This document shows, in pieces, positions 56,948 to 64,000 of a stretch of 64,000 bases of DNA. How positions within the stretch are numbered: the first letter of the stretch is position 1; every line of letters starts with the position of its first letter. The notes below the pieces were generated by a model. That model was not told the origin of the DNA. It searched no databases and saw only the letters and a program-made list of their open reading frames with translations. The position numbers were made by a program, and so were the translations under genes. Source of the DNA: Rickettsiales bacterium (GTDB taxonomy: Bacteria; Pseudomonadota; Alphaproteobacteria; Rs-D84). The stretch lies in contig JAISHM010000009.1 in the NCBI GenBank assembly GCA_031262525.1, positions 6,583 to 70,582 of the forward strand. The letters are read 5' to 3'.

Positions 56948-58093
56948 TTAAAAATACAACAACAAATGTAATCCGTATGCAATGTCAGAGTATCCAGACA
57001 AATGCACATTTCCCTGGCAAGTTGGGTCAGACATATTAAACGCGGCTGGCGGGGTTGGTGGCTCTGCCCCACCCCATGAATACATATAAAGTTCTTTATT
57101 GGAATCAGCAGAATCATAAAATGACGCACGCGCATACAGCCCCAGAGAAAAACTTTGTAATGGTTGCCAGTAAATTGCAGCGCGCCCATAAGCCTGGCTG
57201 TGCCAATCATAATCCCCAAAGGTCGCGGATAAATCCAATCCCCACTGGTCAGATAACCGCGCAAATGTTCCGACCGACCCCTCTATATAAAATGAATTTT
57301 TTACATCAGTATTAAATGCGATGTATGCAACCTGACCCGCATCTGAAAAAATTCCGTTTCCATACGAAGTATCCGCCCAATGCAACATTGAAACATTCGC
57401 CGCGCCATAGATTGTTGTCTGCGGTGTCGCCCGATACCCCAGTTTCAGCGACCCAACCCCGATATGCGCCAGGTCCCGCGCATTCTGGTAATACGCACCA
57501 ACATTTCCAACCCAATACGCATTATCCATAAACTTCCATTGCAACCCAACGCCCCATGTGGAAACGCCACTATCAGTATTTTTATCATACGACGCCGGAT
57601 AGGAATGTCCCAAGGTGCTGGAAAACGCGTCCCAGCCCATTTCATATTTTGTTTTCGCGTATTTTATCATACCCAACACAGATATTTCGTCCGTAATCCC
57701 AAGGGACAAATCTTCACGCACCGACCATTCCGACCCCTGCCAATCACCATTCGCGCCACCCCATTTACCGGCTCCGAAAGGAATCATAAAATCATAAGTA
57801 TTTTCGGCAAATCCCAAATCGGTCAAAGATAAAAATTTTCCCGTCTGATTTTGGAAAAATGGGTCGCCCAACATTCGGTCAGCCGTCGCACTGCGCCGCA
57901 CATTGGTCGCCTTTTTTACCGGACGCGCTTCTTGTTTTTTTACAACCCTCTTTACAGGCGCAGCCTCAACAGCAGTTTTTACGCAACGTTCGCCACAACC
58001 ATCAAACTTTTGATATAACTCATGCCGACTGGTTGCCGCAATCGTCGGCAAAGATATAATCAAACCCAACAATCCAAAAATTATTTTTTTCAT
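56948..58093 (-). CDS. Outer-membrane porin-like beta-barrel protein (hypothetical)
   Basis: It has a signal peptide (MKKIIFGLLGLIISLPTIAA). It is aromatic-rich with beta-strand periodicity and ends in a C-terminal Phe (…HLLLYF). Confidence 0.5.
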   Translation of the reverse strand: MKKIIFGLLGLIISLPTIAATSRHELYQKFDGCGERCVKTAVEAAPVKRVVKKQEARPVKKATNVRRSATADRMLGDPFFQNQTGKFLSLTDLGFAENTYDFMIPFGAGKWGGANGDWQGSEWSVREDLSLGITDEISVLGMIKYAKTKYEMGWDAFSSTLGHSYPASYDKNTDSGVSTWGVGLQWKFMDNAYWVGNVGAYYQNARDLAHIGVGSLKLGYRATPQTTIYGAANVSMLHWADTSYGNGIFSDAGQVAYIAFNTDVKNSFYIEGSVGTFARLSDQWGLDLSATFGDYDWHSQAYGRAAIYWQPLQSFSLGLYARASFYDSADSNKELYMYSWGGAEPPTPPAAFNMSDPTCQGNVHLSGYSDIAYGLHLLLYF

Positions 58094-58102
58094 CTTTTAT
58101 TC

Positions 58103-58825
58103 CTATTTTTTCTTGGACAAATTATACCATATTTTTGGTATATAATAAACTATTAAATCCGCCACAACCATTCCTATGAACGCCCCCAGTAAAACATCGC
58201 CCAGATAATGCGCACCATAACACAGCCGCGACAACCCGATTAGAACCGCAAGAGCCCAACACAACCATTTTATACGCGGAAATAATAATCCAATTGTAAC
58301 CAACGCTGCAAATGATGCAATCGTATGCCCCGATGGCATTGAATAAAAAAAGTAATTATCCCCAGGCGGAAAAAATCCATAAACCCCGGCGTTTTCAAAC
58401 ATTATTGGGCGTGCGCGACCGATTAAAATTTTAAGCACCCCACCAATCGCCCCCGCAAACACAACAGAACACAGAATATAAAAACTGGGGTGGTGTAGAA
58501 CCGAAACCCAAGATGTATTTTGTTTATATTTATCATTTATTAACTTTCTATCTTTTAATTTATAAATATCAACATCTGCGCTCTGCGCTCTGCGCTCTAA
58601 TAACTTTTTAACAAAAATTATTGCTGTAAAACATATTGTATAAATAACCCACGACTTGAATCCAAATAAAATATCAAAAATATAAGCCCATTCACCATTA
58701 AATTTTCGCATAAAATACATCATGGGGATATCAAAATAATAAAAAGACAATGCGCATAAAATAGCGACAATTGCCATCGCAACACAAATCCAACCCCACC
58801 GAATTTCTGATTTATTCAGAAACAT
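58103..58825 (-). CDS. PAP2-superfamily membrane phosphatase (PgpB / lipid phosphatase-like)
   Basis: It has the PAP2 motifs KILIGRARP, PSGHT and SRLCYGAHYLGD. It contains an in-frame (GCGCTCT)x3 DNA repeat. Confidence 0.7.
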   Translation of the reverse strand: MFLNKSEIRWGWICVAMAIVAILCALSFYYFDIPMMYFMRKFNGEWAYIFDILFGFKSWVIYTICFTAIIFVKKLLERRAQSADVDIYKLKDRKLINDKYKQNTSWVSVLHHPSFYILCSVVFAGAIGGVLKILIGRARPIMFENAGVYGFFPPGDNYFFYSMPSGHTIASFAALVTIGLLFPRIKWLCWALAVLIGLSRLCYGAHYLGDVLLGAFIGMVVADLIVYYIPKIWYNLSKKK

Positions 58826-60332
58826 TTTGCGCCTTTAATAATTTACGATACGCCGTGTTATCGGTCAATAACTTTGACGCAACCGCCGCCGCCGCCGCAT
58901 CTTCCGTCGCGCCAGATTTAATAGATAGGCAACCCGCGCGCGCAGCCTTTAATGTTTCCGCGTCCATTTCCATATCCGCGTTAAAATCACGCGCGCCAAA
59001 ATCCCCATTGACGGCATTTACAACAAACAGGTCTTCTTGGGCTTTATTTCTGATATTTGATAAACAAACCATTGGAAATACCCCGCGCCCATCCAGTCCA
59101 ATCTCGCGCGCAGATAGAATTTTCCGATTTCCCAACTCTATGGTTCCGCCAATACTTACCGGAATTTTCGTAATCAGTTTTGCGTTCCCAGCGGTCGGCG
59201 TTCCAACCAAAATTCCACGAGCATTGTCATAAAATGCCGATGCGACCCCTTCGGCTGCCCCACTTGTATTTTTTGATACCAACACAACAACTGGCAAATC
59301 CGTAACGGCGTCCCCACCTGGGATAACACTCGTCAATTCTGCGCCATCGTCAATCATCATTATTGTTTTTTGTCCGATAAATAATCCAGCCAACTTTGCC
59401 GCGGCAATTTCATCACCACCCATCGCCGTGCGCATATCCAAAATTATACCAGTGCTATCCACATATTTATTCAACGCTTCATTGACTATTTTAACCGCGT
59501 TTTCAGATACATTGTAAATTATAATTTCCAGAATGCCCCCGCCCAACACATCATCAGTCCGATAAACAATGTCAGTGTCCGCCAAGACAACACTGGCGCG
59601 ACGAAGCGCAATGTCGCGCGTTCCAGATGGGGTTGCAACCTTTAACTTTAATGTCCCAGAATTAAATCCATCAAACGCAGCGGCAATTTCCGCATCGGAC
59701 ATTTTCGCAACATCCATTCCATTTATTGCGACAATTAAATCATTATCATAAATTCCTGAATTTGCGGCAGATGACCCCGCCATAACACCACTGACCCGCC
59801 AATAGCCACGCGTGTCGCGTGCGCCCGTCAGCCCAACACTGGTTAAAATCCGACCATCATCGCCGCGCGCCGCCGTATATTTGCCGTCCGCGTCCAATGC
59901 ATGTGTCATTGCCGCAATTGAAACAGAATATAATGTTGTCGCGGGCATTTTCATTACCGCGGGATTCACATCACGAACTTTTAATAATAATGCAGTTGCA
60001 ATTTGACCAAACGCATTCCAATTACCATCATCAGGGCGCGGCCAATTTCCGATAATTTCGTTCCCCGCGACAACAATTATCCGCGTATCTGTTGCGGCAA
60101 TTTTTATCCCCCGCCCCAGCGTTTCCAATGATTCCAAGGCATTTCCAATATCACGACCCGCAAAATTTGTTTTCTCTAATGCCTCAAAAATTTCAGCAAA
60201 CAGATTTGATGATTCATCAACATCCAGTCCCGACACAATGCGATTATCTGGGTCAAACAAATCCGACGCGACAACCCCTGAAATTGGGATAAAACAAACA
60301 AGCAAAAACAATGATAAAATTATTTTTTTCAT
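58812..60332 (-). CDS. ctpA: Carboxy-terminal processing protease (S41 family, CtpA)
   Basis: It has a signal peptide, a PDZ domain, and an S41 catalytic region (…GGILDMRTAMGG…, VVVLVSKNTSGAAEG). Confidence 0.8.
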   Translation of the reverse strand: MKKIILSLFLLVCFIPISGVVASDLFDPDNRIVSGLDVDESSNLFAEIFEALEKTNFAGRDIGNALESLETLGRGIKIAATDTRIIVVAGNEIIGNWPRPDDGNWNAFGQIATALLLKVRDVNPAVMKMPATTLYSVSIAAMTHALDADGKYTAARGDDGRILTSVGLTGARDTRGYWRVSGVMAGSSAANSGIYDNDLIVAINGMDVAKMSDAEIAAAFDGFNSGTLKLKVATPSGTRDIALRRASVVLADTDIVYRTDDVLGGGILEIIIYNVSENAVKIVNEALNKYVDSTGIILDMRTAMGGDEIAAAKLAGLFIGQKTIMMIDDGAELTSVIPGGDAVTDLPVVVLVSKNTSGAAEGVASAFYDNARGILVGTPTAGNAKLITKIPVSIGGTIELGNRKILSAREIGLDGRGVFPMVCLSNIRNKAQEDLFVVNAVNGDFGARDFNADMEMDAETLKAARAGCLSIKSGATEDAAAAAVASKLLTDNTAYRKLLKAQNVSE

Positions 60333-60412
60333 AATGATATTATAATAAAAAAAGCAATCTCAACGCAAGGCTAAATTTTGTTTCATTATAAAAATTCCAT
60401 TAAAATAAAAAT

Positions 60413-60468
60413 GGGGGCGCGCACCTTTTGCCCCCATTCGCCCCGACATCGCATTGCGATGGTCGGGG
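60413..60468 (-). terminator. Tandem GC-rich hairpins downstream of gene 60482..61270; the distal one is a rho-independent terminator
   Basis: On the minus strand, CCCCGACCATCGCAATGCGATGTCGGGG comes first, then GGGGGCAAAAGGTGCGCGCCCCC followed by ATTTTTATTTT. Confidence 0.5.
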
Positions 60469-60481
60469 GGGCTCGTTTTTG

Positions 60482-61270
60482 TTATTTCGCGTTCTCGTTC
60501 GACGACAACTCTTTGATACATTGCTCGGCAAGCCCGCGCACGCGCACCCAAAGATCGTAGCCGAGGGACGCGTTAAGGGTGGCGAGGCTCAGGCAATTCA
60601 AAGAGCAACAGGACGCGCCGTCCCAATTGCCCAGAGATAGCCAAAACTGCCCATCAGGAATCAAACGTTCTACTTTGTTTGTTTTTATATTATACATATA
60701 AAACATTGCAATGCCGTATTTTGATTTTTTACCAATTTTTGGTTTCTTTACTATTTTCGCATATCCTGTTTTATTTATATCCGCAGGTGCGGAAATCACA
60801 CCACACATACGCCAATCAGTATCTTTCATATAGTTATTATTTATATTTTTTTGTAATTGTGATACCCAATTTTCTGTAATCCAATCAGTATAAATTGTAT
60901 TGTTATTATCTCCATAGCCAGTTTTAAATTTATAACTATTACTGTTCTTACTGAACGTTGGTTGGTTGTCCCCGTCCAACCAAAACACACCAACAAAGTT
61001 TTCATCTTTGTTGATGATTTTATCCATCTGTTCACGCACACATTCAATAGAATTGTTTGTGTTATATGATTGTTGTGTTGTTTTATTATTTTTATCGTTT
61101 CCCAGGCGGATATTATACAATGCGGTTTTTTCTGCGTATGAAAATCCATTAATTTTATTGACATCGCGACGAATGTTACGACGGGATTCCTGGCGTGCAT
61201 TAAATTCCGCAATTACTTCATTCAAAGTTTTATCTTTTGGCAAAATATCAAACAATCTTTTACTAAACAT
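60482..61270 (-). CDS. N/K-rich hypothetical protein whose C-terminal coding end is duplicated, inverted, about 850 bp away
   Basis: A 262 aa ORF with no signal peptide. The last roughly 55 codons are GC-rich relative to the rest of the gene and lie inside inverted-repeat copy A. Confidence 0.45.
   Translation of the reverse strand: MFSKRLFDILPKDKTLNEVIAEFNARQESRRNIRRDVNKINGFSYAEKTALYNIRLGNDKNNKTTQQSYNTNNSIECVREQMDKIINKDENFVGVFWLDGDNQPTFSKNSNSYKFKTGYGDNNNTIYTDWITENWVSQLQKNINNNYMKDTDWRMCGVISAPADINKTGYAKIVKKPKIGKKSKYGIAMFYMYNIKTNKVERLIPDGQFWLSLGNWDGASCCSLNCLSLATLNASLGYDLWVRVRGLAEQCIKELSSNENAK
60525..60650. repeat. Inverted repeat copy A, inside the 3' end of CDS 60482..61270
   Basis: It matches the reverse complement of 61507..61635 at about 85 percent identity. 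The blocks CGGCAAGCCCGCGCACGCGCACCCAAAG and GGCAATTCAAAGAGCAAC.GGACGCGC.GTCCCAATTG.CCAGAGATAGCCAAAACTGC are conserved. Confidence 0.8.
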
Positions 61271-61506
61271 TTTGTTCCTCTTTTTTTAGGTTATATAATT
61301 TATATTACACACCCCAATACAATTTGTCAAGACATTATTTGGATTGTTTTAAGATTTTATAAAATATGGTTATTTATACCATATTTTATAATTTTAACTT
61401 ATTTATTTATTTTGCGAATCACGGATTATTTATATCGCGAATCGGAAAAATTATTCATATTCTTGTGCCTGTGAAAGAAATTTCATGGGTGTTGTATTTA
61501 ATACAA

Positions 61507-61635
61507 GCAGTTTTGGCTATCTCTGGACAATTGGGACAGCGCGTCCAGTTGCTCTTTGAATTGCCTGAACAACGCCACGAATAACGCGTCCAACGACAAC
61601 AACGAACTTTGGGTGCGCGTGCGCGGGCTTGCCGA
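61507..61635. repeat. Inverted repeat copy B: a silent, start-less alternative C-terminal cassette
   Basis: The plus strand reads in-frame as QFWLSLDNWDSASSCSLNCLNNATNNASNDNNELWVRVRGLADT* after an upstream TAA. The current gene end reads QFWLSLGNWDGASCCSLNCLSLATLNASLGYDLWVRVRGLAEQ.... Confidence 0.75.
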
Positions 61636-61810
61636 TACTTGAACATCAAAGTTTTGCCGACCCGCGGGACACCAATTAAAGGGTCTTTTGATACAAGGCT
61701 GAATACAACACCATGTCGTAAATACGGCAAAATACAATACGCGGGGATTGGTGCCGGTGCGGTAATTTTTACCGCACCCGCCCAACAATAAACATCAAAA
61801 GGCTTATAAA

Positions 61811-62104
61811 ATGACCGATATTCATTCTTTTTCTGACTTCGCAGAACCGCGGTTTGGTCTGTCGGGGGTAAAACGCAGAATTTCCGATATTTTGGATACT
61901 CCATTGGTCGCATTGGCATACAAAATTATCCCATCAAAAAAGAACTCTGGTGAATGCCTGCAACTACAATTTACAATAAACAATGAAAAATTCATTGTTT
62001 TCACCGGCAGCGCGGTTTTAATAGACCAATGCAAAACATACACCGAAAAATTTCCTTTTAATGCAAAAATACAAAAAATTGACCGATATTTCAGTTTTGT
62101 TTGA
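61811..62104 (+). CDS. Hypothetical protein, 97 aa
   Basis: An ATG ORF ending at palindromic repeat copy 3. No domain. Confidence 0.3.
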   Translation: MTDIHSFSDFAEPRFGLSGVKRRISDILDTPLVALAYKIIPSKKNSGECLQLQFTINNEKFIVFTGSAVLIDQCKTYTEKFPFNAKIQKIDRYFSFV

Positions 62105-62141
62105 TGTTCTCACTACATACACAAGCGGGTCAAATAAAAAA

Positions 62142-62169
62142 AAACTTGTCCTTTATAAAAGACAAGTTT
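62142..62169. repeat. Palindromic repeat copy 3 (AAACTTGTCCTTTATAAAAGACAAGTTT, 1 mismatch), acting as a bidirectional terminator
   Basis: It lies between a convergent plus-strand ORF and secF. It is followed by the same ATTTCAYTAA flank as copy 1. Confidence 0.65.
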
Positions 62170-62204
62170 ATTTCATTAACCAATATCACAAGCAACCAAC
62201 ACCA

Positions 62205-63065
62205 TTAATTTTCTTTCCGTAAATCAAAATGATACAGCACGACATTGGAAACATAGATAGATGTTATTGTTCCCATAATAATCGCGAACATCATCGCAAT
62301 TGCAAATTCGCCTAAAATTTTTCCTGCAAAGAAATACAATGCCAACATTGCCAACATTGTGGAAACAGATGTCATCAGCGTTCGCGACAACATTTCATTG
62401 ACGGATAAATCTATCAGTTGGTCCTGGGGCATCTTGGAATACTTTTTTGCGTTCTCTTCTATTCGGTCGTAATTTACAACCTTGTCATTGACCGAGTATC
62501 CAATACCAGTTAAAATAACCGCAATCGCTGTCTGATTAAATTCCAACCCCGCAATACTGAAAAATCCAAACATTAAAATAAAGTCCAAGACAAGTGAAAT
62601 CAGAGAACCAATTGCATATCCACCCTTATACCGAATCCAGATATACAACGACATCAACAAAAACGAAATTATAACCGCCATAATTCCGCCGCGTATAAGT
62701 TCGCCACCGATTTTCGGACCAACAATTTGCACCTGGGAATACTCAACTTTGTCCCCAAAGATATTTTTAATATCCGACACTGCTTGGTTTTGCTGTGCCT
62801 CGGTCGCGCCTTTTTCCAGACCAATTCGCACCATAATATTACCATTATTATCTGCCTGTAATTCTGGTTTGAACCCGCTTAAATCACTGCGCATCTTGTC
62901 AATTGTGTAATCGCTTGACACGGGTTTAACCTCTAAGGAAATACCACCCGCAAAGTCAATCCCGTAATTTAGCCCGCGCGTTATCAGCGCAACCAAAGAC
63001 AAAATAACCAGCATCGCCGAAATCCAATACGACAATTTTCTATACTTCATAAAATGCAAAATCAT
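62205..63065 (-). CDS. secF: Protein-export membrane protein SecF
   Basis: It has six TM helices and a SecF periplasmic loop (GIDFAGGISLEV). It lies immediately downstream of secD. Confidence 0.85.
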   Translation of the reverse strand: MILHFMKYRKLSYWISAMLVILSLVALITRGLNYGIDFAGGISLEVKPVSSDYTIDKMRSDLSGFKPELQADNNGNIMVRIGLEKGATEAQQNQAVSDIKNIFGDKVEYSQVQIVGPKIGGELIRGGIMAVIISFLLMSLYIWIRYKGGYAIGSLISLVLDFILMFGFFSIAGLEFNQTAIAVILTGIGYSVNDKVVNYDRIEENAKKYSKMPQDQLIDLSVNEMLSRTLMTSVSTMLAMLALYFFAGKILGEFAIAMMFAIIMGTITSIYVSNVVLYHFDLRKEN

Positions 63066-63095
63066 TTTTATATCCTTTATTTATCTGTGCGCTGT

Positions 63096-64000
63096 TTATT
63101 TTTTTATGCGGACATAGCCGATTTTTTTATTCTTTCCATTCATATACATTTCTATTATCAGTTTTGATAATGGAATACATGTAAATAATGTTGTAATAAT
63201 ACCAACCGATAATGTAACCGCAAAGCCACGAATTGGTCCAGCGCCGAATTGGAACAATACAAGCGCGCAAATCAGTGTCGTTAAATTCGCGTCCAGCACG
63301 GCCTTGAACGCCTTGTCAAATCCAGCATCAACCGCGCGCAAGGGCGTCGTTCCCGCACGGATTTCATCACGGATACGCTCAAAAGGCAGGATATTCGCAT
63401 CAACCGCCATACCCAGTGTCAGCGCAATACCCGCAATCCCAGGCAATGTTAAAACACCACCCAACAACGCCGTGATACCAATTATCATTGCCAAATTGAC
63501 CAGCAATACAATATCTGCAATTATACCAAACGCCCCATATACCAAGAACATAAATATAACAATTAAAACAACACCGATAAATGCCCCCAGTTCCCCAGAT
63601 TTAATTGTATCCGCGCCCAAGCCTGCACCAACTGTGCGTTCTTCTATGACCTGTAATGGCGCCGGCAATGCGCCACTGCGCAATAATACTGCCAGGTCCT
63701 TGGCCTCGGCCACATTGGCAAAACCACCCGAAATTTGTCCGCGTCCGCCAGGGATTGGTTCGCGAATAACTGGCGCGGTTAAAACACGTCCGTCCAAAAC
63801 AATTGCGAATCTTTCCCCAACATGGTCGGTGGTTAAACGCAAAAATCGCCGCGCACCCACACTATCAAACACGGTTGATACAACTGGGATATTATTCATT
63901 TCGTCCAGATTTGCCTGGGAATCGGTTAAACTTTCTCCGGACACCTCTACCCTGTCATAGACCGGAATTGTTTGCGCCGGATTATCTATCATCGGCAATA
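63096..64000 (-). CDS. secD: Protein-export membrane protein SecD, C-terminal part; the N-terminus is beyond the window end
   Basis: It has the SecD C-terminal TM bundle (…LDANLTTLICALVLFQFGAGPIRGFAVTLSVGI…). The frame is open to the window end. Confidence 0.8.
   Translation of the reverse strand, partial: LPMIDNPAQTIPVYDRVEVSGESLTDSQANLDEMNNIPVVSTVFDSVGARRFLRLTTDHVGERFAIVLDGRVLTAPVIREPIPGGRGQISGGFANVAEAKDLAVLLRSGALPAPLQVIEERTVGAGLGADTIKSGELGAFIGVVLIVIFMFLVYGAFGIIADIVLLVNLAMIIGITALLGGVLTLPGIAGIALTLGMAVDANILPFERIRDEIRAGTTPLRAVDAGFDKAFKAVLDANLTTLICALVLFQFGAGPIRGFAVTLSVGIITTLFTCIPLSKLIIEMYMNGKNKKIGYVRIKK

Noticed and set aside
60400-60660. GC-rich structured segment considered as a small RNA gene (tmRNA, RNase P RNA or SRP RNA)
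   Set aside because: None of the hallmark motifs are present: no tRNA-like GGUUCGAAUCC…CCA end, no GGAAAGUCCGG for RNase P, and no SRP domain IV AGGUCAGG…GGAAGCAGCC. The segment is instead explained as the in-frame 3' end of CDS 60482..61270 plus terminator hairpins and one arm of the inverted repeat.
1-64000. CRISPR arrays, rRNA genes, and IS or transposase or integrase genes
   Set aside because: No regularly spaced direct repeats, no rRNA-like conserved blocks, and no transposase or integrase-like ORF were found. The islets identified lack their own recombinase genes.

Overview
This 64 kb window is an AT-rich, gene-dense bacterial chromosome segment. Its gene content looks alphaproteobacterial and resembles an obligate-intracellular or endosymbiont lineage (Rickettsiales- or Holosporales-like); this is an inference from gene content only. 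Most of the window is housekeeping: sufBC, a separate sufS-sufT-sufE cluster, dnaJ, parE, a class II aldolase, nrnA, ruvX, gatB, miaB, recJ, ftsI and ftsL, tatBC with tatA encoded separately, lolA, trxA, dksA, a ybeY-lnt fusion, ftsK, thrS, gltX, trmB, rarA, ctpA, and secDF. There are three tRNA genes (His-GUG, Ala-GGC, Lys-CUU), at least five outer-membrane beta-barrel paralogs, several secreted or cysteine-rich proteins, an orphan VirB2/TrbC-like pilin, and a TcpQ-like protein next to a lipoprotein. Two small restriction-modification modules form the accessory content. The first lies in a roughly 2.1 kb islet inserted at the 3' end of tRNA-Lys and closed by a 43 bp direct repeat of the tRNA 3' end; it holds a truncated N4/N6 methylase C-terminus joined to an HNH-like domain, followed by a Dam-family methylase. 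The second sits between ftsK and tatA: a complete beta-class methylase and a candidate endonuclease, bracketed by direct repeats built from GACATA motifs, next to an orphan gene whose promoter region carries a G8 tract. The most unusual structures are three. First, a non-signal-peptide, N/K-rich hypothetical gene (60482..61270) whose 3' end, about 129 bp, is duplicated in inverted orientation about 850 bp away as an in-frame, start-less alternative C-terminal cassette, which suggests an inversion or gene-conversion C-terminal switch. Second, a tight three-gene operon of unknown proteins (36456..38392), whose last gene looks SUKH-immunity-like, followed by ribbon-helix-helix and helix-turn-helix regulators. 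Third, a 28 bp perfect palindrome present in three copies that acts as a bidirectional terminator. No rRNA, CRISPR array, transposase or integrase was seen.
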